DNA of 18,053 nt from a virus (taxonomy: Duplodnaviria; Heunggongvirae; Uroviricota; Caudoviricetes), in IMG/VR virus record IMGVR_UViG_2563366942_000011; one strand, written 5' to 3'. The notes under the pieces are model-generated. The model searched no databases. It saw nothing but the letters and a program-made list of their open reading frames with translations, and was not told the origin of the DNA. The stretch's first letter is position 1, and every line of letters starts with the position of its first letter. The translations under genes were made by a program, and so were the position numbers. Positions 8,139 through 14,461 of this stretch are shown piece by piece.

Positions 8139-8282
8139 TTAGTGAATGCTTTTGCTTGATCTCAGTTTCAGTATTAATATCCATTTTTTATAAGCGTCGA
8201 CGGCCTCACGAAACATCTTTTCATCGCCAATAAAAGTGGCGATAGTGAATTTAGTCTGGATAGCCATAATTGTTTGATCCAT
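8139..8282 (-). CDS. kil: Kil (host cell-division inhibitor), 47 aa
   Basis: [47 protein letters not shown] from ATG 8282. The 89-aa track ORF is this gene with a spurious 5' extension that overlaps cIII in another frame. Confidence 0.85.
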   Translation of the reverse strand: MDQTIMAIQTKFTIATFIGDEKMFREAVDAYKKWILILKLRSSKSIH

Positions 8283-8415
8283 TTTTTGGGACTCCTGGCT
8301 GATTAAGTATGTCGATAAGGCGTTTCCATCCGTCACGTAATTTACGGGTGATTCGTTCAAGTAAAGATTCGGAAGGGCAGCCAGCAACAGGCCACCCTGC
8401 AATGGCATATTGCAT
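8251..8415 (-). CDS. cIII: CIII (FtsH/HflB inhibitor that stabilises CII), 54 aa
   Basis: Hand translation from ATG 8415: [54 protein letters not shown]; too short for the ORF track; overlaps kil by 32 nt as in lambda. Confidence 0.9.
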   Translation of the reverse strand: MQYAIAGWPVAGCPSESLLERITRKLRDGWKRLIDILNQPGVPKNGSNNYGYPD

Positions 8416-8487
8416 GGTGTGCTCCTTATTTATACATAACGAAAAACGCCTCGAGTGAAGCGTAATTGGTATGCGGTAACGCCGCGC

Positions 8488-8856
8488 TCAGGCGGCCTTG
8501 ATAGTCATATCATCTGAATCAAATATTCCTGATGTATCGATATCGGTAATTCTTATTCCTTCACTACCATCCATTGGAGGCCATCCTTCCTGACCATTTC
8601 CATCATTCCAGTCGAACTCACACACAACACCATATGCATTTAAGTCGCTTGAAATTGCTATAAGCAGAGCATGTTGCGCCAGCATGATTAATACAGCATT
8701 TAATACAGAGCCGTGTTTATTGAGTCGGTATTCAGAGTCTGACCAGAAATTATTAATCTGGTGAAGTTTTTCCTCTGTCATTACGTCATGGTCAATTTCA
8801 ATTTCTATTGATGCTTTCCAGTCGTAATCAATGATGTATTTTTTGATGTTTGACAT
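8488..8856 (-). CDS. ea10: Ea10-like protein
   Basis: 122-aa ORF MSNIKKYIIDYDWKASIEIEIDHD... in the lambda ea10 position. Confidence 0.85.
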   Translation of the reverse strand: MSNIKKYIIDYDWKASIEIEIDHDVMTEEKLHQINNFWSDSEYRLNKHGSVLNAVLIMLAQHALLIAISSDLNAYGVVCEFDWNDGNGQEGWPPMDGSEGIRITDIDTSGIFDSDDMTIKAA

Positions 8857-8873
8857 CTATTCATATCCTCATA

Positions 8874-8902
8874 GATAAAAAATCGCCCTCACACTGGAGG
8901 GC
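8874..8902 (-). terminator. Terminator-like hairpin between ral and ea10 (minus strand)
   Basis: Minus strand reads GCCCTCCAGTGTGAGGGC followed by GATTTTTTATC. Confidence 0.45.
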
Positions 8903-9038
8903 AAAGAAGATTTCCAATAATCAGAACAAGTCGGCTCCTGTTTAGTTACGAGCGATATTGCTCCGTGTATTCACTCGTTGGAATGAATACACAGTGCAGT
9001 GTTTATTCTGTTATTTATGCCAAAAATAAAGGCCACTA

Positions 9039-9239
9039 TCAGGCAGCTTTGTTGTTCTGTTTACCAAGTTCTCTGGCAATCATTGCCGTCGTTCGTATTG
9101 CCCATTTATCGACATATTTCCCATCTTCCATTACAGGAAACATTTCTTCAGGCTTAACCATGCATTCCGATTGCAGCTTGCATCCATTGCATCGTTTGAA
9201 TTGTCCACACCATTGATTTGTATCAATAGTCGTAGTCAT
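9039..9239 (-). CDS. ral: Ral (restriction alleviation)
   Basis: 66-aa ORF MTTTIDTNQWCGQFKRCNGCKLQSECMVKPEEMF... in the lambda ral position. Confidence 0.88.
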   Translation of the reverse strand: MTTTIDTNQWCGQFKRCNGCKLQSECMVKPEEMFPVMEDGKYVDKWAIRTTAMIARELGKQNNKAA

Positions 9240-9309
9240 ACGGATAGTCCTGGTATTGTTCCATCACATCTTGAGGATGCTCTTCGAACTCTTCAAATTC
9301 TTCTTCCAT
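9223..9309 (-). CDS. Small acidic ORF (28 aa), lambda orf28-like
   Basis: MEEEFEEFEEHPQDVMEQYQDYPYDYDY; overlaps the ral start by 17 nt; below the ORF-track length cutoff. Confidence 0.4.
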   Translation of the reverse strand: MEEEFEEFEEHPQDVMEQYQDYPYDYDY

Positions 9310-9479
9310 ATATCACCTTAAATAGTGGATTGCGGTAGTAAAGATTGTGCCTGTCTTTTAACCACATCAGGCTCGGTGGTTCTCGTGTACCCCTACAACG
9401 AGAAATCGGATAAACTCTATTCACCCCTACAGAGAGCAAAAGAGAAACGCCGATGAACAACTCATGGTGGTAGGAACTA

Positions 9480-10034
9480 ATGCATTTTTTCCTGCAAGGA
9501 ATGACACTTAAACAGTTGATTCATATGCTAATCATCCTGATCATATTGATTATTGTTATGCCGGTAAGCGTAAAAGAATGGATAAACCTGCATAATCCAG
9601 AAATCCTTCCTCATTACTGGATGTATTACATCCTGTTGTTTTGCGTTAGCTATGTGCTTAACGGCGTTGTTAATTCCGCTTATCACGCTGTGACTGAAAG
9701 AATTGAGGTATTCGCTGCTCAGAAGCGCAAATCTAAAGAAGAAAAATATGTGCAAGATTTGTTTGATTCGTTAACTCTTGGAGAAAGAGCGTATTTGGCA
9801 TTCGCTGTAGCCGCTAATAACCAGCTACAAACGGAAAAGGGCGCTCATGAATCAATTTCATTGCTCAAAAAAGGACTCCTCGTTCGAAGGCCTCCTGCTG
9901 TTGGATATCCTGATACCGACCGTTTCGTTATCCCTGAAAGCTATAGACATGAGTGCTACATTAGGTTTGCCGGGAAGGCAGACAGCCTTATGGATGAACT
10001 TATCGCTCAGGATAAGCATGGCAAAAACAAGTAA
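9480..10034 (+). CDS. sieB: Superinfection exclusion protein B (SieB-like, membrane)
   Basis: 184-aa plus-strand ORF with a hydrophobic N-terminus (LIHMLIILIILIIVMPV...), convergent with N as sieB is in lambda and Rac. Confidence 0.8.
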   Translation: MHFFLQGMTLKQLIHMLIILIILIIVMPVSVKEWINLHNPEILPHYWMYYILLFCVSYVLNGVVNSAYHAVTERIEVFAAQKRKSKEEKYVQDLFDSLTLGERAYLAFAVAANNQLQTEKGAHESISLLKKGLLVRRPPAVGYPDTDRFVIPESYRHECYIRFAGKADSLMDELIAQDKHGKNK

Positions 10035-10050
10035 TTAGCAAATGAATTTA

Positions 10051-10323
10051 TCATCTCGCCGTCAGTTGTTTTGATTTCCGGTAGCCTGCCGCGTAAAGAG
10101 CTACGTTCGGAAGACAAGTTGAACCTTCATATTTTCTGGTCAACGTTGTCAGAGTTATCACTTCTGCTCTCATTGCTGGTTTGAGCTTGCATTGCAAGAC
10201 CACTCGTGAAGGGGGTGGCCTGTGTAGCTTGTCGGAGCTGATCGCCTCCTGACTTTGCAGATTTGCGCGACGAGCTCTACGGCGAGAAGCTGCGGTGCCT
10301 TTAAATTCTGTTTTTCTGGACAT
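10051..10323 (-). CDS. N: N-family transcription antiterminator (non-lambda; C-terminus resembles P22 gp24 as recalled)
   Basis: ATG at 10323 behind a GGAGGA RBS; 90 aa beginning MSRKTEFKGTAASRRRARRANLQ (arginine-rich motif) and ending ...VALYAAGYRKSKQLTAR. The 114-aa track ORF is a 5' over-extension. Confidence 0.75.
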   Translation of the reverse strand: MSRKTEFKGTAASRRRARRANLQSQEAISSDKLHRPPPSRVVLQCKLKPAMRAEVITLTTLTRKYEGSTCLPNVALYAAGYRKSKQLTAR

Positions 10324-10421
10324 GGATTCCTCCCGAATAAACTTTGGCGATGCAATCTCGAAGCTCCTCCTGAGACGGTTGCTTCGGCATTGCATCCCAC
10401 AGCTTATGTGGTTGGGTGATC

Positions 10422-10466
10422 TGGCTTTTCAGCCACGTAGTCGAGAGTCGACGTTGTTTAAAGAGC
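10422..10466 (-). promoter_or_regulatory. nutL: nutL: boxA (GCTCTTTAAACAACG) + spacer hairpin + boxB (TGGCTGAAAAGCCA)
   Basis: Minus strand reads GGCTCTTTAAACAACGTCGACTCTCGACTACGTGGCTGAAAAGCCAG about 100 nt upstream of N; same architecture as the nutR candidate. Confidence 0.6.
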
Positions 10467-10499
10467 CTGCCAGTCTGTTCCATTTGGCTTCCAGCGTCC

Positions 10500-10560
10500 T
10501 GCTGACGGTTAAATAGTACGATATGTACTTTACAAGATCAATACAATTTGTTGTAAGTTG
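10500..10560 (-). promoter_or_regulatory. pL/oL region: candidate -35 TTGATC, -10 TACTAT and palindromic operators
   Basis: AGTAC-N5-GTACT at 10515-10529 overlapping the putative spacer and -10; ACAA-N4-TTGT at about 10543-10554. Confidence 0.4.
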
Positions 10561-10724
10561 GCGTGGTTTTTTATAACGCTTTGTATTTAATAGTGTTGTT
10601 TTTTAGCGTGGATGTATTGCCTCGGCGATGTAAGGAGAGATCAGAATTGCGTGGTTTAGTGGGTTGCATCTATTTATTTTTCAATAAATATAATTGGTTA
10701 TGTGTTTTTAGGTGGGCGAACGTG

Positions 10725-10753
10725 AGGCAAAGAAAACCCGGCGCTGAGGCCGG
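10725..10753 (-). terminator. Intrinsic terminator ending the cI / two-gene cassette transcript (t-imm analogue)
   Basis: Minus strand reads CCCGGCCTCAGCGCCGGG followed by TTTTCTTTG, just downstream of the 250-aa gene stop. Confidence 0.6.
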
Positions 10754-10759
10754 GTTGTA

Positions 10760-11512
10760 TTATGCTGCAAGTCTCTTAACCCAAGTCTCTCTTTTGGAGA
10801 ATGGTAGAACTTGGCTTGATTCATGGAAGAGTAAGGAGAGTTGTTGCATTTGATCACCAATTGCTTCGCTGTCTATAACAACAAATCTGTTGTTATACTC
10901 CTCACTTGAAGCTTTAAGATCAATTAGTTTCCCAAGCAATGAGTAAGCACTATTCCAGCTTCCTCCGTGTTTCACGCTTGATGTAAAAACGTATTTAGGT
11001 ATGTCGGTTTTTATTGTTACAGGGACGGTAATTTGATGTCCACTCAAGCCATATACGTTTTCACGAAGAGAAAGTGCGTCTCTAAGCTCTGTGTGATATA
11101 GATAATCAATAACCATACTTTCAAACTTTTCAGCTTGAACTGGCTGATACCAGTCTAACGACAAAGTTGATGCGAGTATACCAGCTCTAATTATGTTCGA
11201 TGTAATCGCACCGACATCCTTTTCTGTTGCCCAAGCAATGATTTCTCCTCGAGCATTGAGTTCTGCGCCTTCTTTAAGCAGTAATTGTCGTATCTCATCA
11301 AGTCGTTTTTTGGTAAGCGAGATCCCTCTTGCCTCCATATTCATTAAGGCATCGCATCTGTCACTAACTAAATACCTACCATTGACTTCACGGATAAAGG
11401 CACCGACATGCTCTCCATCATCACAGTAAGTGAATGGACTGATAATTCTCAAGGTCTTGCCTATTGGATGGCATTCGAAACCTAGTTGTGAGATCACTGT
11501 TGAGCACATCAT
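10760..11512 (-). CDS. Uncharacterised 250-aa protein, distal gene of a two-gene cassette at the rexAB-equivalent locus
   Basis: ATG ATG start overlaps the upstream stop (ATGA); no long hydrophobic segments; AT-rich relative to flanks; no known family recognised. Confidence 0.8.
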   Translation of the reverse strand: MMCSTVISQLGFECHPIGKTLRIISPFTYCDDGEHVGAFIREVNGRYLVSDRCDALMNMEARGISLTKKRLDEIRQLLLKEGAELNARGEIIAWATEKDVGAITSNIIRAGILASTLSLDWYQPVQAEKFESMVIDYLYHTELRDALSLRENVYGLSGHQITVPVTIKTDIPKYVFTSSVKHGGSWNSAYSLLGKLIDLKASSEEYNNRFVVIDSEAIGDQMQQLSLLFHESSQVLPFSKRETWVKRLAA

Positions 11513-12066
11513 ATTCCAAACCCCATTTGCCCCGACTCATCTTCAAGCGGTAAAGGTATTCTCCCAGAGTAAGTTATGTTCAGATGTTTACAGAAGTAAT
11601 TCCAATACCCTACCAGGTCATCTGGGTTTATGTCATCTTCGATTGGAAACGCTATTCTATCACTATAGTATCCAGCTTCTTCATAGTATACATGGTAGTG
11701 AGCACCGTAAATGATATCTTGGTACTTCGGATGATCGACCTTGTAACTATTCGTGTGTTTGTCAAAGTGATAGGTATCTACCGCGAAAACCCTCTTGTTA
11801 TGATAGAAAGCAATAATATTTATTTTAGGGTAAGAAATCGGGTCATCAGGTTCTGAATCCTGATCTGGTTTCCATTTCAGTTCAAACTTTAGCCCTTGTA
11901 TAGGTATACAATCCTCATCCAAGGGGATGATATGGGCTTGTAGCCACATATCAGAGCGACTTGGTTTCTGTTTCCATTTAACGCCAGAAAAGTTAACTAT
12001 TTTTTTACAATAAAGTACTTTATCAACTTCTACTTGGCTTGGCTGATAATCATCTATTTTTGCCAA
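11509..12066 (-). CDS. Uncharacterised 185-aa protein, proximal gene of a two-gene cassette at the rexAB-equivalent locus
   Basis: Frame opens at TTG 12066 straight after an in-frame stop, 40 nt downstream of the cI stop; aromatic/His-rich stretch DHPKYQDIIYGAHYHVYYEEAGYY; AT-rich. Confidence 0.75.
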   Translation of the reverse strand: MAKIDDYQPSQVEVDKVLYCKKIVNFSGVKWKQKPSRSDMWLQAHIIPLDEDCIPIQGLKFELKWKPDQDSEPDDPISYPKINIIAFYHNKRVFAVDTYHFDKHTNSYKVDHPKYQDIIYGAHYHVYYEEAGYYSDRIAFPIEDDINPDDLVGYWNYFCKHLNITYSGRIPLPLEDESGQMGFGI

Positions 12067-12105
12067 TGTTTACCGCCCTGTAAATTGTAGATAAAAGTGG
12101 TTTCA

Positions 12106-12765
12106 TCACCCAAACGTCTCTTCAGGCCATTGGCTGGCGATAACTTTCCCCACAACGGAACAACTCTCATTGCATGGGATCATTGGGTATTGTGGGTTTA
12201 GTGGCTGTAGAAACACCTGACCGCTATCCCTGATCAGTTTCTTGAAGGTAAATTCATCACCACCAAGTCTGGCTATGCAGAAATCGCCGGGCTCAACAGC
12301 TTGCTCAGGGTCAACCAGAATTAACATCCCGTCAGGAAAGCTGGGTTTGGAACCTGTTGGTGCGGTCATTGAGTTACCTTCAACCTCAAGCCAGAATGCA
12401 GAGTCACTGGCTTTTTTGGTTGTGCTTACCAATCTCTCCGCATCGCCTTTGGTAAAGGTTCTGAGTTCTGGAGAGAACATCCCAGCCTGAACATGAGAAA
12501 AAACAGGGTACTCATATTGTTTTTTAACTGGGGCCGATGAGTATTCGCCAACAGGTGAAAATGTCCCGTCGTGGTTGAATGATATGTTATCAATACCAAG
12601 GTATTTAAACACCACACCAATATCACTAAGAGATGGATGACGAGATCCGCGCAACCAGTGTCCAATCCCACCCTGCGTCATACCTAGCTCTTCGGCTAAC
12701 TTCTCTTGAGTTATGCCGAGCTCTTTCATTCTGGATCTAGCCAGTTCATACCATTTCATTTTCAT
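12106..12765 (-). CDS. cI: CI repressor, hybrid: non-lambda HTH (XRE-type) N-terminal domain with lambda-type C-terminal domain
   Basis: C-terminal ~135 aa ([29 protein letters not shown]...[10 protein letters not shown]) match lambda CI CTD as recalled; N-terminal [40 protein letters not shown] is a different HTH. Start chosen at the ATG with an AAGGA RBS; the track's 5' extension is probably not translated. Confidence 0.88.
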   Translation of the reverse strand: MKMKWYELARSRMKELGITQEKLAEELGMTQGGIGHWLRGSRHPSLSDIGVVFKYLGIDNISFNHDGTFSPVGEYSSAPVKKQYEYPVFSHVQAGMFSPELRTFTKGDAERLVSTTKKASDSAFWLEVEGNSMTAPTGSKPSFPDGMLILVDPEQAVEPGDFCIARLGGDEFTFKKLIRDSGQVFLQPLNPQYPMIPCNESCSVVGKVIASQWPEETFG

Positions 12766-12875
12766 GTCCTTATTATTACGCTCTGTACTGGAACCATCCA
12801 TGCACAATGTGTATTTTTACTTGTATTCGCAAAGTACATATTGTATTTTTTATTCGTGTTTACTATGGAGGGCAT
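12766..12875. promoter_or_regulatory. oR region with divergent pRM/pR candidates and operator-like repeats
   Basis: 110-bp cI-cro intergenic region; AGTACATATTGTATT at 12833-12847 is a degenerate copy of the oL palindrome; additional TGTA/TACA half-sites. Confidence 0.45.
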
Positions 12876-13091
12876 ATGAGCAACCTACGAAAATATCGAG
12901 AGTCACTGAATATCTCTCAAACAACACTTGCTAAGGCAGTTGGATGCACACAGGGAGCTATCGGACATTGGGAATCTGGTCGTCGCTTCCCAGACCTTAA
13001 AACATGCCGTGCTCTTGTTGCGTGCCTAAACAAGTTAGGCGCAAAAGTCAGTCTTGATGACGTGTTCCCGCCGGAACACAAAGCCGCTTAA
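12876..13091 (+). CDS. cro: Cro-like repressor (XRE-type HTH)
   Basis: ATG at 12876 behind a GGAGGG RBS; 71 aa MSNLRKYRESLNISQTTLAKAVGCTQGAIGHWESGRR...; its recognition-helix region resembles that of cI (TQGGIGHW vs TQGAIGHW). Confidence 0.82.
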   Translation: MSNLRKYRESLNISQTTLAKAVGCTQGAIGHWESGRRFPDLKTCRALVACLNKLGAKVSLDDVFPPEHKAA

Positions 13092-13101
13092 TAAGCGGAT
13101 C

Positions 13102-13147
13102 CGCTCTTTGTAACAACGGACATTCGTCCTACGTCGCTGAAAAGCGA
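13102..13147 (+). promoter_or_regulatory. nutR: nutR: boxA (CGCTCTTTGTAACAACG) + spacer hairpin (GGACATTCGTCC) + boxB (TCGCTGAAAAGCGA)
   Basis: Immediately downstream of the cro stop; same architecture as nutL, including the TACGT element before boxB and the GAAAA loop. Confidence 0.6.
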
Positions 13148-13232
13148 GTTCCAAGATATCTGACCAACTAAGGCCATATGCGTTTCCACGCATACCTTTC
13201 AACTAACTATTCACTATTGGAAATCTTAAGAA

Positions 13233-13529
13233 ATGGAAAGAACAAGTTACAGCAAACTATCACAGCGTGACGTTGATCGCGCAGAAACAGATTTACTTAT
13301 CAATCTGTCAGCTATTACCCAGCGCGGTCTGGCAAAGATGATTGGCTGTCATGAATCGAAGATAAGCAGAACGGACTGGAGATTTATTGCTTCGGTCTTG
13401 TGTGCTTTCGGAATGGCATCAGACATCAGTCCGATTAGCAGGGCTTTTAAGTATGCGCTTGATGGACTCACCAATAAAAAACGCCCGGCGGCAACCGAGC
13501 GTTCTGAACAAATCCAGATGGAATTCTGA
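13233..13529 (+). CDS. cII: CII transcriptional activator, hybrid (non-lambda N-terminal part, lambda-identical C-terminus)
   Basis: 98-aa ORF ending ...LTNKKRPAATERSEQIQMEF, identical to the lambda CII tail as recalled; N-terminal two-thirds differ. Confidence 0.85.
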   Translation: MERTSYSKLSQRDVDRAETDLLINLSAITQRGLAKMIGCHESKISRTDWRFIASVLCAFGMASDISPISRAFKYALDGLTNKKRPAATERSEQIQMEF

Positions 13530-13551
13530 GGTCATTACTGGATCAATCCAC
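13474..13551 (-). ncRNA. oop: OOP antisense RNA (antisense to the cII 3' end)
   Basis: Plus strand AATAAAAAACGCCCGGCGGCAACCGAGCGTTCTGAACAAATCCAGATGGAATTCTGAGGTCATTACTGGATCAATCCAC is, a few substitutions aside, the reverse complement of lambda OOP RNA as recalled, including the GCCGCCGGGCG-U6 terminator. Confidence 0.7.
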
Positions 13552-13561
13552 AGGAGTCATT

Positions 13562-14461
13562 ATGACAAATACAGCAAAAATACTCAACTTCTGCAGAGGT
13601 AACTTTGCCAAACAGGAGCGTAATGTGGCAGATCTCGATGATGGTTACGCCAGACTATCAAATATGCTGCTTGAGGCTTATTCAGGCGCAGATCTGACCA
13701 AGCGACAGTTTAAAGTGCTGCTTGCCATTCTGCGTAAAACCTATGGATGGAATAAACCAATGGACAGAATCACCGATTCTCAACTTAGCGAGATTACAAA
13801 GTTACCCGTCAAACGGTGCAATGAAGCCAAGTTAGAACTCGTCAGAATGAATATTATCAAGCAGCAAGGCGGCATGTTTGGACCAAATAAAAACATCTCA
13901 GAATGGTGTATCCCTCAAAACGAGGGAAAATCCCCTAAAACGAGGGATAAAACATCCCTCAAATTGGGGGATTGCTATCCCTCAAAACAGGGGGACACAA
14001 AAAACACTATTACAAAAGAAAAAAGAAAAGATTATTCGTCAGAGAATTCTGGCGAATCCTCTGACCAGCCAGAAAACGACCTTTCTGTGGTGAAACCGGA
14101 TGCTGCAATTCAGAGCGGCAGCAAGTGGGGGACAGCAGAAGACCTGACCGCCGCAGAATGGATGTTTGACATGGTGAAGACCATCGCGCCATCAGCCAGA
14201 AAACCGAATTTTGCAGGGTGGGCTAACGATATCCGCCTGATGCGTGAACGTGACGGACGTAACCATCGCGACATGTGTGTACTGTTCCGCTGGGCATGCC
14301 AGGACAACTTCTGGTCCGGTAACGTGCTGAGCCCGGCCAAACTCCGCGACAAGTGGACCCAGCTCGAAATCAACCGTAACAAGCAACAGGCAGGTGTGAC
14401 AGCCTGCAAACCAAAACTCGACCTGACAAACACTGACTGGATTTACGGGGTGGATTTATGA
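13562..14461 (+). CDS. O: Replication initiator O
   Basis: 299-aa ORF MTNTAKILNFCRGNFAKQERNVADLDDGYARLSNMLLEAYSGADLTKRQFKVLLAILRKTYGW..., near-identical to lambda O as recalled; contains the ori iterons. Confidence 0.97.
   Translation: MTNTAKILNFCRGNFAKQERNVADLDDGYARLSNMLLEAYSGADLTKRQFKVLLAILRKTYGWNKPMDRITDSQLSEITKLPVKRCNEAKLELVRMNIIKQQGGMFGPNKNISEWCIPQNEGKSPKTRDKTSLKLGDCYPSKQGDTKNTITKEKRKDYSSENSGESSDQPENDLSVVKPDAAIQSGSKWGTAEDLTAAEWMFDMVKTIAPSARKPNFAGWANDIRLMRERDGRNHRDMCVLFRWACQDNFWSGNVLSPAKLRDKWTQLEINRNKQQAGVTACKPKLDLTNTDWIYGVDL
13909..14040. repeat. Lambda-type replication origin: four ~19-bp iterons plus adjacent A/T-rich segment, inside O
   Basis: TATCCCTCAAAACGAGGGAAA / ATCCCCTAAAACGAGGGATAA / ACATCCCTCAAATTGGGGGAT / CTATCCCTCAAAACAGGGGGACA followed by CAAAAAACACTATTACAAAAGAAAAAAGAAAAG. 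Confidence 0.9.

Noticed and set aside
8139-8408. 89-aa track ORF treated as a single gene
   Set aside because: Its 5' part overlaps cIII in another frame. The real product is the 47-aa Kil starting at the internal ATG 8282, and cIII (8251-8415) is a separate short gene missed by the track.
9528-9755. 75-aa minus-strand ORF inside sieB
   Set aside because: Antisense to the sieB coding region; low-complexity translation; no RBS.
10051-10395. 114-aa form of N, and ORFs 10170-10400 and 10301-10483
   Set aside because: The arginine-rich motif and a strong GGAGGA RBS place the start at ATG 10323. The longer form would run through nutL. The other two are alternate-frame overlaps of the same region.
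10563-10853. 96-aa plus-strand ORF between pL and the cassette
   Set aside because: Spans the minus-strand terminator hairpin and overlaps the 3' end of the 250-aa gene; no RBS; no lambda counterpart on this strand.
10760-12066. Calling the two genes downstream of cI rexA and rexB
   Set aside because: Position matches, but sizes (185 and 250 aa versus roughly 279 and 144 aa) and sequences do not. The second protein lacks the multiple hydrophobic membrane segments expected of RexB. Treated as an unrelated cassette.
12766-12807. Extended cI start (TTG 12807 or ATG 12801)
   Set aside because: The extension would place coding sequence across the operator/promoter region. ATG 12765 has a proper AAGGA RBS and gives a normal-length HTH N-terminus.
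13909-14000. Short repeats with spacers that could be mistaken for a mini CRISPR array
   Set aside because: They are the four ~19-bp lambda-type ori iterons inside the O gene, adjacent to the A/T-rich unwinding region. No cas genes; repeat spacing and context fit a replication origin.
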